From Acidimicrobiales bacterium (lineage in GTDB: Bacteria; Actinomycetota; Acidimicrobiia; Acidimicrobiales; Ilumatobacteraceae): a DNA stretch of 55,187 nt. The notes beneath the pieces are model-generated. The model did not search any database. It had not been told where the DNA came from and saw only the letters and a program-made list of their open reading frames with translations. The DNA lies in assembly GCA_947465505.1 (NCBI GenBank), contig CANIBN010000001.1, positions 1 through 55,187 of the forward strand. Reading direction: 5' to 3'. Within the stretch, counting starts at the first letter, position 1. The number at the start of each line of letters is the position of its first letter. Shown one piece after another: positions 35,780 to 44,224 of the stretch. A program made the translations under genes and the position numbers.

Positions 35780-37519
35780 ATGGACATCACGCAATTGCGT
35801 TACGGGGCCGTCGTCCGGGGCCGTGAGGCCGACACCACCTCTACTCGGGAGCGCCAGCGCCGCCGTCGCCTGCGCCGACTCTTCGTCGCGATCATGATCC
35901 CGCTCGCCTGGGTCTGGTATCGCATCATCACCGGCAACCCCATCAAGTTCGGGATTCCCCGCGTGGTTGCCGAGTCGCCCGAGATCTGGATCTCGGTCGG
36001 CCTGATGCTCTTCCTCTGTCTGCTGATTGGCATCCCGCTCCTCGGCGCCGGGCGCTCGCCGCACACGCTGCTTCGTCCTTCCGACTCCAACGTGCGTCTG
36101 GCCGATGTGGTGGGTGCAACCGCTACCAAACGCGAAGCCGTCGACACGCTCAACCTGTTCCTCAAGCACCAGACCTTCGCCGACGAACTCGGTGGGTCAC
36201 CGCGACGTGGCGTGCTGTTCGAGGGTCCCCCTGGCACCGGCAAGACCTACCTCGCCAAGGCGCTCGCCGCCGAGGCCGGCGTGCCGTTCCTCTTCGTGTC
36301 TGCATCGTCGTTCCAGTCGATGTACTACGGCCAGACCAACCGCAAAATCCGCACCTACTTCAAGGCACTGCGAAAAGCCGCACGCGCCGAGGGCGGCGCT
36401 ATCGGCTTCATCGAGGAGTTCGACGCGATCGGTGGCGCCCGCAGCGGTATGGGTGGCGGCGGCATGCGTGAAGGTATCGCCGGCATCGTCAACGAGTTGC
36501 TCGTGCAGATGCAGTCCTTCGACCTCCCCACGGGGAGCGACAAGGTGAAGTCGAAGTTCATCGACGCGCTCAACTCCCTGCTCCCGCTCAACCTCGAGAT
36601 CGCTCGTCCGAAGACACCGACCGCAAACATCCTCGTGGTGGCGGCGACGAACCGCGCGGCAGACCTCGACCCTGCGCTGCTGCGTCCCGGCCGGTTCGAC
36701 CGGATTATCCACTTCGACCTTCCGCCCCGCGCCGACCGCCTCGAGATTGCGGCGTACTACCTCGGCAAGAAGTCGCACGACGACTCGGTTCGCGCCGAGC
36801 AGATCGCAGACCTCACCGCCGGCTACAGCCCGGTGCGCATCGAGCGTCTGCTCGATGAGGCCCTCATCATCGCCGTGCGCAACGGACGACGCGCTCTCTC
36901 CTACGACGATGTCGTGCAGGCGCAGTTGGTTACCGAGGTCGGCCTCGCACACGAGGTTGGCTACCACCCCGACGAGCGCAAGCGCGTCGCCACGCACGAG
37001 GCGGGTCACGCACTCGCTGCGGCGCTGCTCGGCCGCGAAGTTCGCGTTGCGTCGATCCTGCGCCGTGGTGCATCGCTCGGCCTCGTAGCCCACGACGACG
37101 CCGAGGAACGCCACCTCAAGACCCCGAGCGAACTGAAGGACCTCATCGTCATTGCCATGGCCGGCCGTGCAGCGGAGATCCAGGAGTTCGGCGAGGCATC
37201 GAGCGGAATCGCCTCCGATCTCGCCGCAGCAACCACCATGGCGTCACAGCTCGTCGGTCTGCTCGGTGCAGCCGACAGCCTGCTGAGCCTCGAGGCAGCC
37301 ATCATGCCTGGCGCCGGCAACCTGGTTGCCAAGGTGCTGAGCCACGATGTCTCCCGTGAGCAGGCCGACAACATGGTGAAGGCTGCCGCGGACCGCGCTG
37401 CGTGCATGCTCATCGAGCATCGTCTCACGCTCATCACGCTTGCCCAGGCGCTCTGCGACCGTGACGAGCTCACCAGCGAGGAAGTGCACAACCTCGTGGA
37501 CTCGGCGAAGGTTTCCTGA
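35780..37519 (+). CDS. FtsH-family AAA+ zinc metalloprotease paralogue (atypical)
   Basis: Two N-terminal TMs are separated by only about 16 aa. Contains Walker A GPPGTGKTY, Walker B IGFIEEFDA (EE rather than DE), SRH VVAATNRAADLDPALLRPGRFDR, and the Zn motif HEAGHA at 36995-37009. Confidence 0.85.
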   Translation: MDITQLRYGAVVRGREADTTSTRERQRRRRLRRLFVAIMIPLAWVWYRIITGNPIKFGIPRVVAESPEIWISVGLMLFLCLLIGIPLLGAGRSPHTLLRPSDSNVRLADVVGATATKREAVDTLNLFLKHQTFADELGGSPRRGVLFEGPPGTGKTYLAKALAAEAGVPFLFVSASSFQSMYYGQTNRKIRTYFKALRKAARAEGGAIGFIEEFDAIGGARSGMGGGGMREGIAGIVNELLVQMQSFDLPTGSDKVKSKFIDALNSLLPLNLEIARPKTPTANILVVAATNRAADLDPALLRPGRFDRIIHFDLPPRADRLEIAAYYLGKKSHDDSVRAEQIADLTAGYSPVRIERLLDEALIIAVRNGRRALSYDDVVQAQLVTEVGLAHEVGYHPDERKRVATHEAGHALAAALLGREVRVASILRRGASLGLVAHDDAEERHLKTPSELKDLIVIAMAGRAAEIQEFGEASSGIASDLAAATTMASQLVGLLGAADSLLSLEAAIMPGAGNLVAKVLSHDVSREQADNMVKAAADRAACMLIEHRLTLITLAQALCDRDELTSEEVHNLVDSAKVS

Positions 37520-37534
37520 CTCCCGTACTTGGGC

Positions 37535-38737
37535 TTACATGAAGTTGCGTGTGTGCAACGACGAGAGCACGTCGGATTCGTCCGGCGTGAAACCGAGACG
37601 ATTCAGTCGGGCGCGTCGGCTGTCGGCCATCTCGCGCTGCAGGACCTGCACCCGCTGCCAGCCGAGTGCAACACCCTCGGGGGTAGGCGCTCCACCGGCA
37701 AGGAGAACGAGCGCGTCGAACACGTCGTCATTGAGCCCAGCAGTTCCCTGCAGTGCACGGTGTCGCTGCTCGACGGCACGCGCAAGGCGTGCGCGTAGTT
37801 CTGGCTCGACGCCCACATGGCGTTCGAGATGAGCGAGCGAGAAGGCAACATGTCGCGCCTCGTCCTGACAGGTGAGCCGGGCAACTCGTCGGGTAACGGG
37901 GTCCGGAGCGTGACGCTCGAGAAAGCCGAGGAGCGACACGAACGTGCCCTCCCCCATCACCGAGAGCAGGAAACTTGCGGTGGCGAAATCCGGCTCGTCG
38001 AGGAGTGTCTGTAGGGACGCCCGGCCACCCGCCGTGGACAGCGCAAGTTCGGAGCCCGTCAGTGTCGCACGTCGGGTGAACACCTCGATGTGTCGCGCCT
38101 CGTCGGCCACGGTGACGGCGAGCATCTGCTGGATCTCGCGGAAGTGTGGGTGCACCTGTCCGAGGAAGCGTGCTGGCACCACGAGCGCGGCCTCCTCGTT
38201 CTCCACGAGGAAGGTCATCACCTGCACCACGGCCCGCTCGATCTGGGCACCGTGATGGATCGTCTCCGTCCAGTCGATTGCTACAGCAGGGTCCCACTGG
38301 CCGGCGAGCGCCTGCGCATAGAGGGCGCCTGCACGATCTGTCCACAATTCGTCTCGCAGGTCGAGCCGAAACTCGGGCTCTGGGCCACCGGGCTCGACTA
38401 CCGCGCCGCGGGCAGCGAGTCCCCACGATGCAGGGGGCCGTGCCGCTATTGCTCCCTCGGCCCGCGCATCGGGCTCTCCGCTGCGCTCGGCACCCCGCCA
38501 TGCCGACCACGACGCGGCACCGCGGCGTATCACTGCCACGCAGTCGCTCTCCCCGCGTGAGACGCACTGGTGCCCCTGCATGCGGCACCAGGTGACGAGG
38601 TCTGCGGCGAGGTCGGGGTGCGTACCGCGCACCCCGACCTCGTCGCCCGGCTTGTGCTCGTCGAGCGCGAGTCTCACGAGTACGTGCGCTCCCCCGTCGA
38701 GACCGAGGGCACCAACATCGACCACCGGCAGTGTCAT
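37535..38737 (-). CDS. Fusion of a TusA-like domain (lacking the catalytic Cys) and a ferritin-like diiron-carboxylate domain
   Basis: The N-terminal ~75 aa align by eye to TusA (LD..GL.CP.P...PGE...), but CP is replaced by DG. The C-terminal part has two E...(D/E)ExRH pairs: VENEEAA...ADEARHIEVF and MGEGTF...QDEARHVAFS. Confidence 0.65.
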   Translation of the reverse strand: MTLPVVDVGALGLDGGAHVLVRLALDEHKPGDEVGVRGTHPDLAADLVTWCRMQGHQCVSRGESDCVAVIRRGAASWSAWRGAERSGEPDARAEGAIAARPPASWGLAARGAVVEPGGPEPEFRLDLRDELWTDRAGALYAQALAGQWDPAVAIDWTETIHHGAQIERAVVQVMTFLVENEEAALVVPARFLGQVHPHFREIQQMLAVTVADEARHIEVFTRRATLTGSELALSTAGGRASLQTLLDEPDFATASFLLSVMGEGTFVSLLGFLERHAPDPVTRRVARLTCQDEARHVAFSLAHLERHVGVEPELRARLARAVEQRHRALQGTAGLNDDVFDALVLLAGGAPTPEGVALGWQRVQVLQREMADSRRARLNRLGFTPDESDVLSSLHTRNFM

Positions 38738-39606
38738 GTGCCGAGGATGCTCCGGTAGTCATCGTTGAGGATGGAACCGTCGGGGCCGTAGAACGACAGA
38801 CGGTCAACCGCCGACTCGAGGGGCACGTATCCGGTCGTTCGACCGACCCGCCATTGCTTCAGGCCCTCGAGCTTGAGCAGCGGCCGCACCACCGGGTCAT
38901 CGAACGACATGGAGAGCAGCAACTGGACGAAACGATCCGCAGTGGCGCGATCAACTCCATCCAGCACCGTCATCGTGCAGTGGTCGAACGGTGCGGTGCG
39001 CGTGAGCACCCGTACCGCACCCGCCGCGATGGTTCCCTCCTTGGCGAACACGAGATGATTGCCGTCGATGACGCAGGCAGCGTCCACCTCGCCAGCGACG
39101 AGTGCCTTCACGGCGTCACGCTCGCCGCCAACATGGTCCCCGTGCTTGTTCACCATCACGTCAAAGCGCCGCACGGTGAAGTCTGACCCGGGTTCGAGTC
39201 CGAGCCCGGCAAGGTGAGCGAGCGGCAGCAGTGTCGCCTGCGGCGAGTCCACCGCACCGACAGCCACCGTGCGACCACGCAGTTGCGAGACCTCGGTGAG
39301 GTTGCTGTCTGCACGCACCAGTACCAGCGAGGTGAGGTCCTGGTCCGAGTCCCGCATGGCGATGGCGTGGGCGCGGGTTCCCCCGGCCTCAGCGAGGCGC
39401 CGCGTGCGCACCCAGCACAGGGGGGAGTCCCAGGTGACGTCCACGTGTCCGGCGAGGTGGGCCTCAGCCTGGGCCTCGTATCCGGAGTAGAGGACGTAGT
39501 CGAAGGCAAAGCCTTGGTCCGCGAACCACTGCTTGAACCCTTCCCAGATCGTCACCACCTTTGGGTCGTAGGCGACAGCCCCCAGGACAAACGGTCGGTT
39601 GCTCAT
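38734..39606 (-). CDS. PhnD/SsuA-type periplasmic-binding-protein fold without a signal peptide
   Basis: Reads MSNRPFVLGAVAYDPKVVTIWEGFKQWFADQGFAFDYVLYSGYEAQAEAHLAGHVDVTW...LRGRTVAVGAVDSPQATLLP...GEVDAACV. It has no hydrophobic N-terminus. Its stop overlaps the start of the downstream gene (ATGA). Confidence 0.7.
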   Translation of the reverse strand: MSNRPFVLGAVAYDPKVVTIWEGFKQWFADQGFAFDYVLYSGYEAQAEAHLAGHVDVTWDSPLCWVRTRRLAEAGGTRAHAIAMRDSDQDLTSLVLVRADSNLTEVSQLRGRTVAVGAVDSPQATLLPLAHLAGLGLEPGSDFTVRRFDVMVNKHGDHVGGERDAVKALVAGEVDAACVIDGNHLVFAKEGTIAAGAVRVLTRTAPFDHCTMTVLDGVDRATADRFVQLLLSMSFDDPVVRPLLKLEGLKQWRVGRTTGYVPLESAVDRLSFYGPDGSILNDDYRSILGT

Positions 39607-39667
39607 GAGCGCCCATCTTCCCAGACGCCCTTCGCCCCTCCGGGGCATCCCGGCTACGGTTCGCCCC

Positions 39668-40882
39668 ATGAGCGAACCGCGTCCGATTCTCGAGGGCCTC
39701 AAGGTCGTCGACATGACCCAGTACCTGGCCGGGCCCACCGTGACCCGCTTGCTTGCCGAGGCCGGCGCCAGTGTCGTGAAGATCGAGCAGCCACCGTACG
39801 GCGACCCAACGAGGGCGCTGGCCGTGCAGAGCGACGGACGCTCCGGTTACTTCATCCAGCAGAACCACGGCAAGCGCAGTCTGTGTGTGGACTTCGACGA
39901 CCCGCGTGGACGCGAGGTGCTCGACAAGCTCATCGCCGAGGCGGACGTGTTCGTGGAGAACTACGGCCCCGGCGTGCTGGCGCGGCGCGGCCTCGACCAC
40001 GACTCACTGCTCAAGAAGCATCCACGTCTCATCGTCGCCACGGTGTCCGGGTTCGGTCGCGACAGCGCGTTCTCCGAGAAGGTCGCCTTCGACCTCATCG
40101 CCATGGCCTACAGCGGCATGCTCCACATCACGGGCGAACCGAACGGCTCCCCGATGCTCGTCGGAACGTCGATCGCTGACGTGATGTCCGGTGTGCACAC
40201 CGTTGCTGGCATCGGCTTAGCGCTCTACCACCGCGAGCGCACCGGTCGCGGCCAGCACATCGACATCTCGATGGTGGACTCCATGTTCCACGCACACGAG
40301 ATGGCCATCCAGGGCAACTCCATCACCAAGGGCAAGTGGCGCCAGAAGCGGAGCGGCGCCAAGTCTGCGCTCAACTCCCCGCAGGGCATCTACAAAGCAC
40401 CCGAGGGCTACATCGTCCTGCAGGTCATGCCCTCGCAGTGGCCCTCGATCTGCCGCGTCATGGACATGCCCGACCTCGAGACTGACGAACGCTTCGCAGA
40501 TCTCCGTAGCCGATACAAGAACCGTGACGAACTCAACGCCATCGTCGAGGAGTGGCTGGCGACACACACCACCGACGCCGAGGTACTGGCGAAACTTGAG
40601 GCAGGGCGCGTGCCCTGTGCACCGGTGCTCGACCCGGCGGACGCCATCGGGCATCCGTACTTCGAGTCGCGCCGAGCCATCCGCCGGATCAACGACCCGA
40701 TCATCGGTGAGGTGGTCATTCCCGGCAACCCACTGCGCTTCTCGGAGTTCCCCTTCGACCTCGACCAGTACGCGCCGCTCCTTGGCGAGCACAACGCCGA
40801 GGTGCTCGGCGAACTCGGTTATGCGAGCGACACCATTGCCTCGCTGGCCGAAGCAGGCGTCCTGCGCTCCGCAGACCGCTGA
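39668..40882 (+). CDS. CaiB/BaiF family (type III) CoA-transferase
   Basis: Reads MSEPRPILEGLKVVDMTQYLAGPTVTRLLAEAGASVVKIEQP...VSGFGRDSAF...ADVMSG. Confidence 0.9.
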   Translation: MSEPRPILEGLKVVDMTQYLAGPTVTRLLAEAGASVVKIEQPPYGDPTRALAVQSDGRSGYFIQQNHGKRSLCVDFDDPRGREVLDKLIAEADVFVENYGPGVLARRGLDHDSLLKKHPRLIVATVSGFGRDSAFSEKVAFDLIAMAYSGMLHITGEPNGSPMLVGTSIADVMSGVHTVAGIGLALYHRERTGRGQHIDISMVDSMFHAHEMAIQGNSITKGKWRQKRSGAKSALNSPQGIYKAPEGYIVLQVMPSQWPSICRVMDMPDLETDERFADLRSRYKNRDELNAIVEEWLATHTTDAEVLAKLEAGRVPCAPVLDPADAIGHPYFESRRAIRRINDPIIGEVVIPGNPLRFSEFPFDLDQYAPLLGEHNAEVLGELGYASDTIASLAEAGVLRSADR

Positions 40883-40936
40883 CTTTTCTGGCCGACCGGC
40901 CGGTCCCGTAGAGTTCTCACCCGGGAGGATCCATCC

Positions 40937-41332
40937 ATGCAATACCGTCCAACCGCAGCGGAACTGCTGCACGACATCTCGGCGTTGCTGAGCGACGAGG
41001 TACTCGACCAGGTGAGTGTCGAGGTGCAGCACAAAGTTCGAGTAGCCGCCAACATCGCGCAGATCCTCGAACGGGAGGTGGCCTTGGCTGGCCCCAATGC
41101 CGAGCGCGAACTCGCTGCAACACGAGACCTCCTCGCGATCCCGGCTGGCGACACTGCTCCCCTGTCGGAACTGCGTGGCCGGTTGGCCGACGCACTTCGA
41201 GCGGGCGACCTGCCCGGACGCAGCGATGACGAGGTGTGGAACGCTCTCGTGCAGATCGCCCGCGACGACCTCGCGATCTCCAAGCCCGGCCACGACGGCT
41301 GGACCGGCGACGACTGGAGCCGCCTCGCATGA
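40937..41332 (+). CDS. DUF6285-like small protein
   Basis: Reads MQYRPTAAELLHDISALLSDEVLDQV...VRVAANIAQILEREV. It is coupled through an ATGA overlap to the downstream phosphotransferase, which is the usual context for this family as I remember it. Confidence 0.55.
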   Translation: MQYRPTAAELLHDISALLSDEVLDQVSVEVQHKVRVAANIAQILEREVALAGPNAERELAATRDLLAIPAGDTAPLSELRGRLADALRAGDLPGRSDDEVWNALVQIARDDLAISKPGHDGWTGDDWSRLA

Positions 41333-42333
41333 GCGCCAACTCCATCGAGACAGGAATCGGCCGCTGGCTGAGCGAGCACTACGGCAAGCCCGTGACCGTC
41401 GTGGGCCTCGAGCGGGTGACGGCAGGAGCACGACGTATCAACGCGTTGTTCGACGCTGTCGACGCCGACGGCAAGGTACTTGACCGTCTCGCACTCACTG
41501 CGCTCCCGAACCTCGACATCCAGATCCAGCCGATGACCGTCGAAGCGGCCGTTCGCACGCTGGCACATGACGCTGGTGTGCCCACGCCGCGCATCCTCGG
41601 CGCCACCGAGGATCAGTCATACATGGGCGGACCCTTCTTCATCAGCGAACGCATCGACGGCGAGACCATCCCCCGTCGCGTGCTGCGACTCGTCGACCAG
41701 CACGGCATCGGCACCAAGGTGACGAGCCAGTTGGGCGAGGCGTTCGCACGCCTCCACCAGATCAACCCGGCGCTCGCACCTGCCGGCCTCATGCGCCCGC
41801 CGGACGACAACGTCATCGAGGCGGCTCTGACCGGCACCGAGGCACAACTGCGCGAACTGCTGCAGCCGTCACCAACCTTCTCGTACGGACTCCGCTGGCT
41901 CGAGCGCAACCGCCCCGCCGAACCCGAGCGACTGACGATCGTGCACAGCGACGTTCGCAACGGCAACCTCATCATCAGCGAGGAGGGCCTGCGTGCCATT
42001 CTCGACTGGGAGGGCACCCGCATCGGTGACCCCGCCGAGGATGTGGCGTGGCCAATGGTGCGCATGTGGCGCTTCCGCAACGACCACCTGCCAGTCGGCG
42101 GATTCTCCGCCATTGCGCCCTACCGCGCCGCCTACGAGGCGGCCGGTGGAGAGTGGGACGACGACCGTGTGCGCTGGTGGCTCACCCTCGGAACGTTGCG
42201 CTGGGGTCTGGGTCTTGCCAAGCAGTCGCACCAGCACCTGCGCGGCGAGTACGTCACCATCGTCATGGCCGCGAGTGGACGTCGGGTCTCTGAGTTGGAG
42301 TACGACACGCTGATGTGCCTGCGTGGCCTCTGA
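41329..42333 (+). CDS. Phosphotransferase family protein (APH / choline-kinase-like fold)
   Basis: Contains LTIVHSDVRNGNLII (Brenner-type HxDxxxxN) and ILDWEGTRIGDPAEDVAW (DxE/D motif). Confidence 0.8.
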   Translation: MSANSIETGIGRWLSEHYGKPVTVVGLERVTAGARRINALFDAVDADGKVLDRLALTALPNLDIQIQPMTVEAAVRTLAHDAGVPTPRILGATEDQSYMGGPFFISERIDGETIPRRVLRLVDQHGIGTKVTSQLGEAFARLHQINPALAPAGLMRPPDDNVIEAALTGTEAQLRELLQPSPTFSYGLRWLERNRPAEPERLTIVHSDVRNGNLIISEEGLRAILDWEGTRIGDPAEDVAWPMVRMWRFRNDHLPVGGFSAIAPYRAAYEAAGGEWDDDRVRWWLTLGTLRWGLGLAKQSHQHLRGEYVTIVMAASGRRVSELEYDTLMCLRGL

Positions 42334-42365
42334 CAGAACCCCTCGCGTCGGGTACGGTCCATCCC

Positions 42366-43142
42366 ATGGGCCAGTACTGCACCACTGAACGCGACGGACA
42401 CCTCCTCATCGTCACCATCAACCGACCGGAGCGGATGAACGCGCTCCACCCGCCGGCAAACGCCGAGCTGGCTCAGGTGTTCGACGACTTCGCAGCGGAC
42501 CCCGAACTGTGGGTGGCGATCATCACCGGAGCAGGTGACCGCGCCTTCAGTGCAGGCAACGACCTGAAGTACCAGGCGAGTGGCGCGGACATGAGCGGTC
42601 AGCCCGCTGCGGGTTTCGGTGGCCTCTCCGCACGCTGGGACCTCGACAAGCCTGTCATCGCTGCCGTCAACGGAGTCGCCATGGGCGGCGGCTTCGAGAT
42701 CGCTCTTGCGTGTGACCTCATCATCGCTGCGGAGAACGCCCTGTTCGCCCTGCCCGAGGTGCGTGTCGGCCTTGCGGCGCTGGCCGGCGGACTGTTGCGT
42801 CTGCCGCGCACCATCGGCACGAAGCGAGCAATGGGGATGATCCTCACCGGACGCCACGTCCCTGCCGCCGAGGGCTACGAACTCGGCTTCGTCACCGAGG
42901 TGGTGCCGGAGGGTCAGGCGCTCGAGGCCGCGAAGCGTTGGGCTTCCATGATCCTGGAGGTGTCGCCCATGTCGGTGCGCGCATCGAAGCAGGTCGTCTA
43001 CGAGTCCTTCGAGCACGGCGGCATTCGTGCCGCTACCGATGCCCGCTATGCGGCCGTCGATGCGATGCGCAAGAGCGAGGACTTCATCGAGGGACCGCTC
43101 GCCTTCTCCGAGAAGCGCAAGCCGAACTGGAAGGGGCGCTAA
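42366..43142 (+). CDS. Enoyl-CoA hydratase/isomerase family
   Basis: Reads LLIVTINRPERMNAL...ITGAGDRAFSAGNDLK...AVNGVAMGGGFEIALACDL. Confidence 0.9.
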   Translation: MGQYCTTERDGHLLIVTINRPERMNALHPPANAELAQVFDDFAADPELWVAIITGAGDRAFSAGNDLKYQASGADMSGQPAAGFGGLSARWDLDKPVIAAVNGVAMGGGFEIALACDLIIAAENALFALPEVRVGLAALAGGLLRLPRTIGTKRAMGMILTGRHVPAAEGYELGFVTEVVPEGQALEAAKRWASMILEVSPMSVRASKQVVYESFEHGGIRAATDARYAAVDAMRKSEDFIEGPLAFSEKRKPNWKGR

Positions 43143-44206
43143 GGCGCAACCTCGGCAGTTACCGATGAGTCGTCTCTGCCACCGGCATCGAGCCACGCAA
43201 TGAGGTACACCAGTCCCCCGGCGCCGTACATCGCGCCACCGATGCCGTAGAGCTCGTAGCCGAGCAGGGCAACGATGGCGGGAAGCGCTGGCCCGACATG
43301 CACGCTGGCGCGGTCGACGCGCTTGCGGATCACGAACACCTCGATGATCTGCAGCGCGATCACCACCGCAACGATGATTGTGGCGTCCTGCCATCGTTTG
43401 AGGCCGGCCGCGAGCAGGAGCGCAGGCAGACCACCCACGGCGATACCGAGCGTGGGAATGAGACCCACCGTGCCTGCCAGGGCACCGAGCACGAAGGGCG
43501 CCGGAAGGGCAAGCGCCCACGAGGTCAGCCCCACGGCTGCCGCCACCACGATGGTCTGGGCGATCGATGCGACGATGTAGCGACGGCCGTTCTGCAGCGC
43601 CTCCATCGTGCGATTCTCGATCCGGGCACGACGCGTCAGGTCGTTCACCTGAGCAAAGGCTCCACGGAGGATTCGGGGGCCATAGATCAGGAAGAACAGC
43701 GTGAGGATTCCGCACACGAAGTAGGTGCCCGCCGCACCAACTGCGTTACCTACCGTGCTCGACTGCGACGAACTGCGCAGATTGTCGATGAGCGAATTGA
43801 CCCGCTCGACGAGCCGGAATTCCCTCGCCACGGCAGAACGCTTCTCGAGGCTCGAGGCCGCGAGGGGAGCCTCCTTGCTGAGTGTGGAGAGACCGTCCTG
43901 CAGGTTCACGATGATGGACGCCCACACCACCACCGTCATCACGGCAAGGCTGAGCATCGTGACGAGCAGCGCCAACCAGCGCGGCATCCGCTTGTCGAGC
44001 AGGTCGGCAAGCGGCCCGAGCAGTGCTGCGACGAAGATGCAGGCGAACGCCCAACCGATCTGGCGGTGGGCGGCAACGAATGCGTTGCGGAAGAGCAACG
44101 CGAGCACGCAGCCACCGAGGACGATCGCCACTGAGCCCGGGGTCACCCGAACACGGAACAGCCGGAATCCCTGCGGAACCCGGGGAGCACCACTCGGCTC
44201 TGCCAC
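43139..44206 (-). CDS. AI-2E (PerM/UPF0118) family transporter
   Basis: An eight-TM-like profile. The C-terminal block reads ALAGTVGLIPTLGIAVGGLPALLLA...IEVFVIRKRV. Confidence 0.75.
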   Translation of the reverse strand: MAEPSGAPRVPQGFRLFRVRVTPGSVAIVLGGCVLALLFRNAFVAAHRQIGWAFACIFVAALLGPLADLLDKRMPRWLALLVTMLSLAVMTVVVWASIIVNLQDGLSTLSKEAPLAASSLEKRSAVAREFRLVERVNSLIDNLRSSSQSSTVGNAVGAAGTYFVCGILTLFFLIYGPRILRGAFAQVNDLTRRARIENRTMEALQNGRRYIVASIAQTIVVAAAVGLTSWALALPAPFVLGALAGTVGLIPTLGIAVGGLPALLLAAGLKRWQDATIIVAVVIALQIIEVFVIRKRVDRASVHVGPALPAIVALLGYELYGIGGAMYGAGGLVYLIAWLDAGGRDDSSVTAEVAP

Positions 44207-44224
44207 GCCCGTAAGGTACCTGCT

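Noticed and set aside
38734-39606. PhnD-like gene as part of a phosphonate ABC importer
   Set aside because: It has no signal peptide or lipobox and no adjacent phnC/phnE-type ATPase or permease. It is instead translationally coupled to a diiron protein. I report it as a finding rather than as a transporter component.
40892-40903. 12-bp perfect palindrome GACCGGCCGGTC after the CoA-transferase gene, as a terminator
   Set aside because: It is too short to form a stable hairpin with a loop. No U-tract follows, and such GC palindromes are expected by chance at this GC content.
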